Assembly: GCA_026413765.1 (NCBI GenBank)
Contig: JAOAKI010000001.1
Coordinates: 6,325 to 70,324 of the forward strand
DNA length: 64,000 nt
Reading direction: 5' to 3'
Origin: Candidatus Micrarchaeota archaeon
Lineage (GTDB): Archaea; Micrarchaeota; Micrarchaeia; Anstonellales; Anstonellaceae
A program made the translations under genes and the position numbers. The notes below the pieces were generated by a model. That model worked only from the letters and a program-made list of their open reading frames with translations, did no database searches and was not told the origin of the DNA. Numbering within the stretch: the stretch's first letter is position 1; each line of letters opens with the position of its first letter. Below, one piece after another: positions 61,148 through 64,000 of the stretch.

Positions 61148-62410
61148 ATGTCCGTGCTCATCAAGAATGCGACTCTGCTTTCTGGAAAAAAAGCAGACAT
61201 TCTTTTGCAAGAAGGCAAAATATCAAAAATAAGGCCTTCTGTTTCAGCCAGCGCAGAAGAAAGAATCGACGCATCTGGCCTTCTTGCATTGCCTGGATTT
61301 GTCAATACGCATACCCACTGCGCAATGGCAATTCTGCGCGGCCTTGCGGAAGACCTTCGGATGGAAGACTGGCTTTCTGCAGTAAGAAAAAAAGAAAAGA
61401 ATCTGTCTTTTGCTCAAGTGAGAGCCGGCGCGCTTCTTGCTTGTGTGGAGATGCTCAAAAGCGGCATCACCTGCTTTTCAGACATGTATTTTCACATGGA
61501 TGCGGTTGCCTCAGCAGTTCAACAGACAGGCATTCGCGCAGTTTTGGGCTATGGCATGGTTGATTTGGGCGAGCCTGGCTTGCGCAAAAAAGAGCTTGCC
61601 GAAACCAAGCGCTTCGTCAAAAAGTGGCATCAAAAAGCAGAAGGCAGAATCTCCTGCGCAGTTGCTCCGCATTCCGTCTATCTTTGCTCAGCTGAGCTGT
61701 TGAAGCAATCTTTCCATCTTTCGAAAGAATTTGGGCTTCGGTTGCACATCCACCTTTCAGAAACCCGCAAGGAAGTCTTTGATTGTCTGAAGATGACAGG
61801 AAAAAGACCAGCATTTTATCTTGAGTCGCTTGGCTTTCTTGGCCCAAGCATGGTTGCGGCGCATTGTGGCTGGCTTTCAAAAGAGGAGGTGAGGGTTCTT
61901 GCAAGGCATGGAGTTTCTGCTTCGCTTTGCCCTGTATCCAACATGAAGCTTGCCACAGGGGCAACTGCTCCTCTGCCTGAAATGCAGGAATTCGGCATGA
62001 ACGTTTCGCTTGGCACTGACGGGGCAGCATCAAACAACTCTCTTTCAATGTTTGATACAATGAAGCTTCTTGGGCTTGCGCAAAAAAATTCGCGATGGGA
62101 CGCATCGATAGCGCCTGCTCATTATATCTTGAGCGCAGCAACAGAGGGCGGCGCAAACGCGTTGGGCATCAAATCAGGAAGGCTCCAGGAGGGCCTTTTA
62201 GCAGACTTGATTTTGATCGACATGCGTGCACCGAATCTGCTTCCTTGGCATAACTTCCAGTCAAACATCATCTATTGTGCCCATCCTGGAAATGTCCGGC
62301 ATGTCTTTGTAGATGGCAAGCATCTTGTCCAAGACGGCAGACTCGCTTTCATAGATGAAGAAAAAATAAAGGATGAGTTCATTTCGCAGGCAAGCAGCCT
62401 TCAAGGCTAA
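61148..62410 (+). CDS. mtaD: amidohydrolase, 5'-methylthioadenosine/S-adenosylhomocysteine deaminase-like
   Basis: LPGFVNTHTHCAMAILRG, HLSET, VAAHC and GTDGAASNNSL motifs. ATG at 61148. Confidence 0.8.
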   Translation: MSVLIKNATLLSGKKADILLQEGKISKIRPSVSASAEERIDASGLLALPGFVNTHTHCAMAILRGLAEDLRMEDWLSAVRKKEKNLSFAQVRAGALLACVEMLKSGITCFSDMYFHMDAVASAVQQTGIRAVLGYGMVDLGEPGLRKKELAETKRFVKKWHQKAEGRISCAVAPHSVYLCSAELLKQSFHLSKEFGLRLHIHLSETRKEVFDCLKMTGKRPAFYLESLGFLGPSMVAAHCGWLSKEEVRVLARHGVSASLCPVSNMKLATGATAPLPEMQEFGMNVSLGTDGAASNNSLSMFDTMKLLGLAQKNSRWDASIAPAHYILSAATEGGANALGIKSGRLQEGLLADLILIDMRAPNLLPWHNFQSNIIYCAHPGNVRHVFVDGKHLVQDGRLAFIDEEKIKDEFISQASSLQG

Positions 62411-63329
62411 TCTCTGCCGCAGTACCTATTTTTTCTATTGCTTTTGTGGCGAATGCCGCCCCAAGCTTTGCAGAAGCCTCGAGCGAATAGTCATTTGCCA
62501 ATCCATAAAGCACTCCCGCCTCATAGGCGTCCCCGGCACCTGTGGTGTCAACCACCTCTGCCTTCAGAGCGCCTATCATTATTTTTGAGTGTTTCCAGAA
62601 TACGACTGAGCCTTTTGCGCCCCTTTTTACAAAGACATACGCAGAGGGATTGAGCTTGGCTGCATTTTTCCAATTCCCAAGAAGTGCATTCCCTTCTGCC
62701 TCATTCATAAATACGATATCTGCGCTCTTTGAAAGATCAAGGAAAAAGGGCCTTTTTTTCTCTATCGCCTTCCAGTTTTCCAATGCAAATACAATTTTTT
62801 TCCCAGCCTTTCTTGCATAGCGGCACATTTTCAGTGCAGTTCTTGCAGTCGCATTTTCCTGCGTCACGGTAATTGATGTGAAAAAGAAAAATCTGGCCCG
62901 CCGGATTGCATTTTCTTCAAAAGAAGAATATTTTGTCCCAACACCTAAATTTGCGCAGAATGTTCTTTCTTTGTCAGGCGTTATCAATGCAACTATCTTA
63001 CCTGTTGTCCCTTTCTTGCGCTCAAGCAAAGCCTCAATGTTGTTTTTAGCCAAATTCCTCTTGAATTCTTCACCTTCCGGATCATCCCCAATCGCCCCGC
63101 AATACCCGCATTTTCCGCCAGCCACTGCAAACCATTCGCAAAGGTTTCTTGCGTTGTCGCCCGGGTATTTGAGCACAATTTTGCCTTCAATTGCCTTGAT
63201 GATTTCTTCCAGCCTCCTTTTTGGAAGATAGTTGGTCGCCCCTTTTGATAGGCCCAATTTCTCAATTTCGCCTGCCTGCACACGAGCGTAAAAGTCTATT
63301 ACCGGAGTCCCGACTGTCAGCACGTCCAT
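62379..63329 (-). CDS. PfkB-family carbohydrate/nucleoside kinase
   Basis: N-terminal VGTPVIDFY, the GG dipeptide region, and C-terminal VVDTTGAGDAYEAGVLYGL. It converges on mtaD and overlaps it by 32 nt. Confidence 0.85.
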   Translation of the reverse strand: MDVLTVGTPVIDFYARVQAGEIEKLGLSKGATNYLPKRRLEEIIKAIEGKIVLKYPGDNARNLCEWFAVAGGKCGYCGAIGDDPEGEEFKRNLAKNNIEALLERKKGTTGKIVALITPDKERTFCANLGVGTKYSSFEENAIRRARFFFFTSITVTQENATARTALKMCRYARKAGKKIVFALENWKAIEKKRPFFLDLSKSADIVFMNEAEGNALLGNWKNAAKLNPSAYVFVKRGAKGSVVFWKHSKIMIGALKAEVVDTTGAGDAYEAGVLYGLANDYSLEASAKLGAAFATKAIEKIGTAAEISLEGCLPAK

Positions 63330-63406
63330 GCAAAGATTAAAAGATTAGCATTTTAAATAATCTTGCAGATTTTCATTCGTTGAGGTTTTGGTTGAGGAGG
63401 TTTTGT

Positions 63407-64000
63407 ATGGCTGAACAAAAAAAGCACCTGGCTTCTCGCAGTGGTGTTGTAGATTCTTATGTTTATGACAACGAAGGCATCCAAGTTCTTGCAAAAATCA
63501 TCACAAAAGAAGGCGAATACGTCCCGCTTTACGAAATCAGCGTCCGCGAGCTTTCAGAGGGCACAAGGCTGGTGCTGAATCAGCTTAAAGGGGAGCTCAT
63601 CACGACAGTGAAGTTGGACATAACCGAAATCATGGACCCAAAAAAAAGAGACGACGTGCGCAAAAAGTTTGAGACTAGGGCAAATTTTCTGCTAAGCAAG
63701 CACTTTCCTACTCTTTCTGAATCAGACAAGAAAGTTCTGACTGCCTATCTGATTCAAAACTCTCTGGGGCTTGGCGATCTTGAGCCTCTTCTTCACGATG
63801 AAAACTTGGAAGAAATAGCGATAAACTCCTCTTCCGAGCCGGTCTGGGTATATCACAAAAAGCACGGCTGGTGCAAAACAAATGTCTGGCTGAAAAGCGA
63901 GGAGGCAATCTATGACATCTCTGCTATGATCGGCAGAAGAATCGGAAAACAAATCAACATCCTCAACCCGGTGATGGATGCTCATCTTTCGACAGGCGAC
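63407..64000 (+). CDS. type II/IV secretion-family ATPase (archaeal PilB/FlaI-like), N-terminal part only
   Basis: Absent from the ORF track because no stop lies in the window. ATG 63407 is preceded by GAGGAGG. The translation is MAEQKKHLAS...LIQNSLGLGDLEPLLHDENLEEIAINSSSEPVWVYHKKHGWCKTNV...ISAMIGRRIGKQINILNPVMDAHLSTGD. This is the typical N-terminal region of archaeal secretion ATPases, upstream of the Walker motifs. Confidence 0.75.
   Translation, partial: MAEQKKHLASRSGVVDSYVYDNEGIQVLAKIITKEGEYVPLYEISVRELSEGTRLVLNQLKGELITTVKLDITEIMDPKKRDDVRKKFETRANFLLSKHFPTLSESDKKVLTAYLIQNSLGLGDLEPLLHDENLEEIAINSSSEPVWVYHKKHGWCKTNVWLKSEEAIYDISAMIGRRIGKQINILNPVMDAHLSTGD

Noticed and set aside
1-64000. An integrated mobile element or defence island next to any of the five tRNA genes.
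   Set aside because: No integrase, transposase, recombinase, toxin-antitoxin pair, restriction-modification gene or reverse transcriptase is recognisable. The flanking genes are housekeeping genes.

Overview
The window is a gene-dense archaeal chromosomal segment. I call about 75 protein genes, 5 tRNA genes (3 with introns) and one RNase P RNA. I found no rRNA, CRISPR array, integrase, transposase or other clear mobile element.

Archaeal origin is supported by aEF-1beta, ribosomal proteins S8e and L41e, an Sm-like protein, Orc1/Cdc6, Elp3, Trm1, KEOPS subunits Bud32 and Cgi121, Cdc48, endonuclease Q, cupin-type PGI, DUF359 dephospho-CoA kinase and intron-containing tRNAs. The compact RNase P RNA, multi-intron tRNA, tight gene packing and patchy metabolism suggest a small-genome uncultivated lineage, possibly DPANN-like. 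That placement is inference only.

Recognisable metabolism:
- A crtI-crtYc-crtYd/crtB carotenoid cluster.
- 2-oxoacid:ferredoxin oxidoreductase next to a Glu/Leu-type dehydrogenase.
- Enolase, RpiA, NadA, Kbl, a bacterial-type MetK, MtaD and a PfkB kinase.

Three real genes are missing from the ORF track:
- A 50-aa zinc-ribbon protein after EF-1beta.
- L41e.
- Two genes truncated at the window edges (DUF359 kinase at the start, PilB/FlaI-like ATPase at the end).

Best candidates for something undescribed:
1. 53.8-59.2 kb: a winged-helix/coiled-coil protein, a four-repeat winged-helix protein and an FtsK/HerA-like ATPase with a histone-H1-like tail.
2. 27.6-28.6 kb: a 340-aa lipoprotein made of about 12 four-cysteine repeats.
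3. 2.09-2.28 kb: a tRNA(CAT) gene with a 100-nt structured anticodon-loop intron carrying tandem GAUGA/K-turn-like motifs, plus a second insertion in the T-loop.
4. 10.3-16.3 kb: HerA-like and Rad50 genes with no Mre11 or NurA, and a 77-aa ORF where Mre11 would be expected.

None of these can be proven from sequence alone. All family calls come from motif recognition by eye, not database searches.
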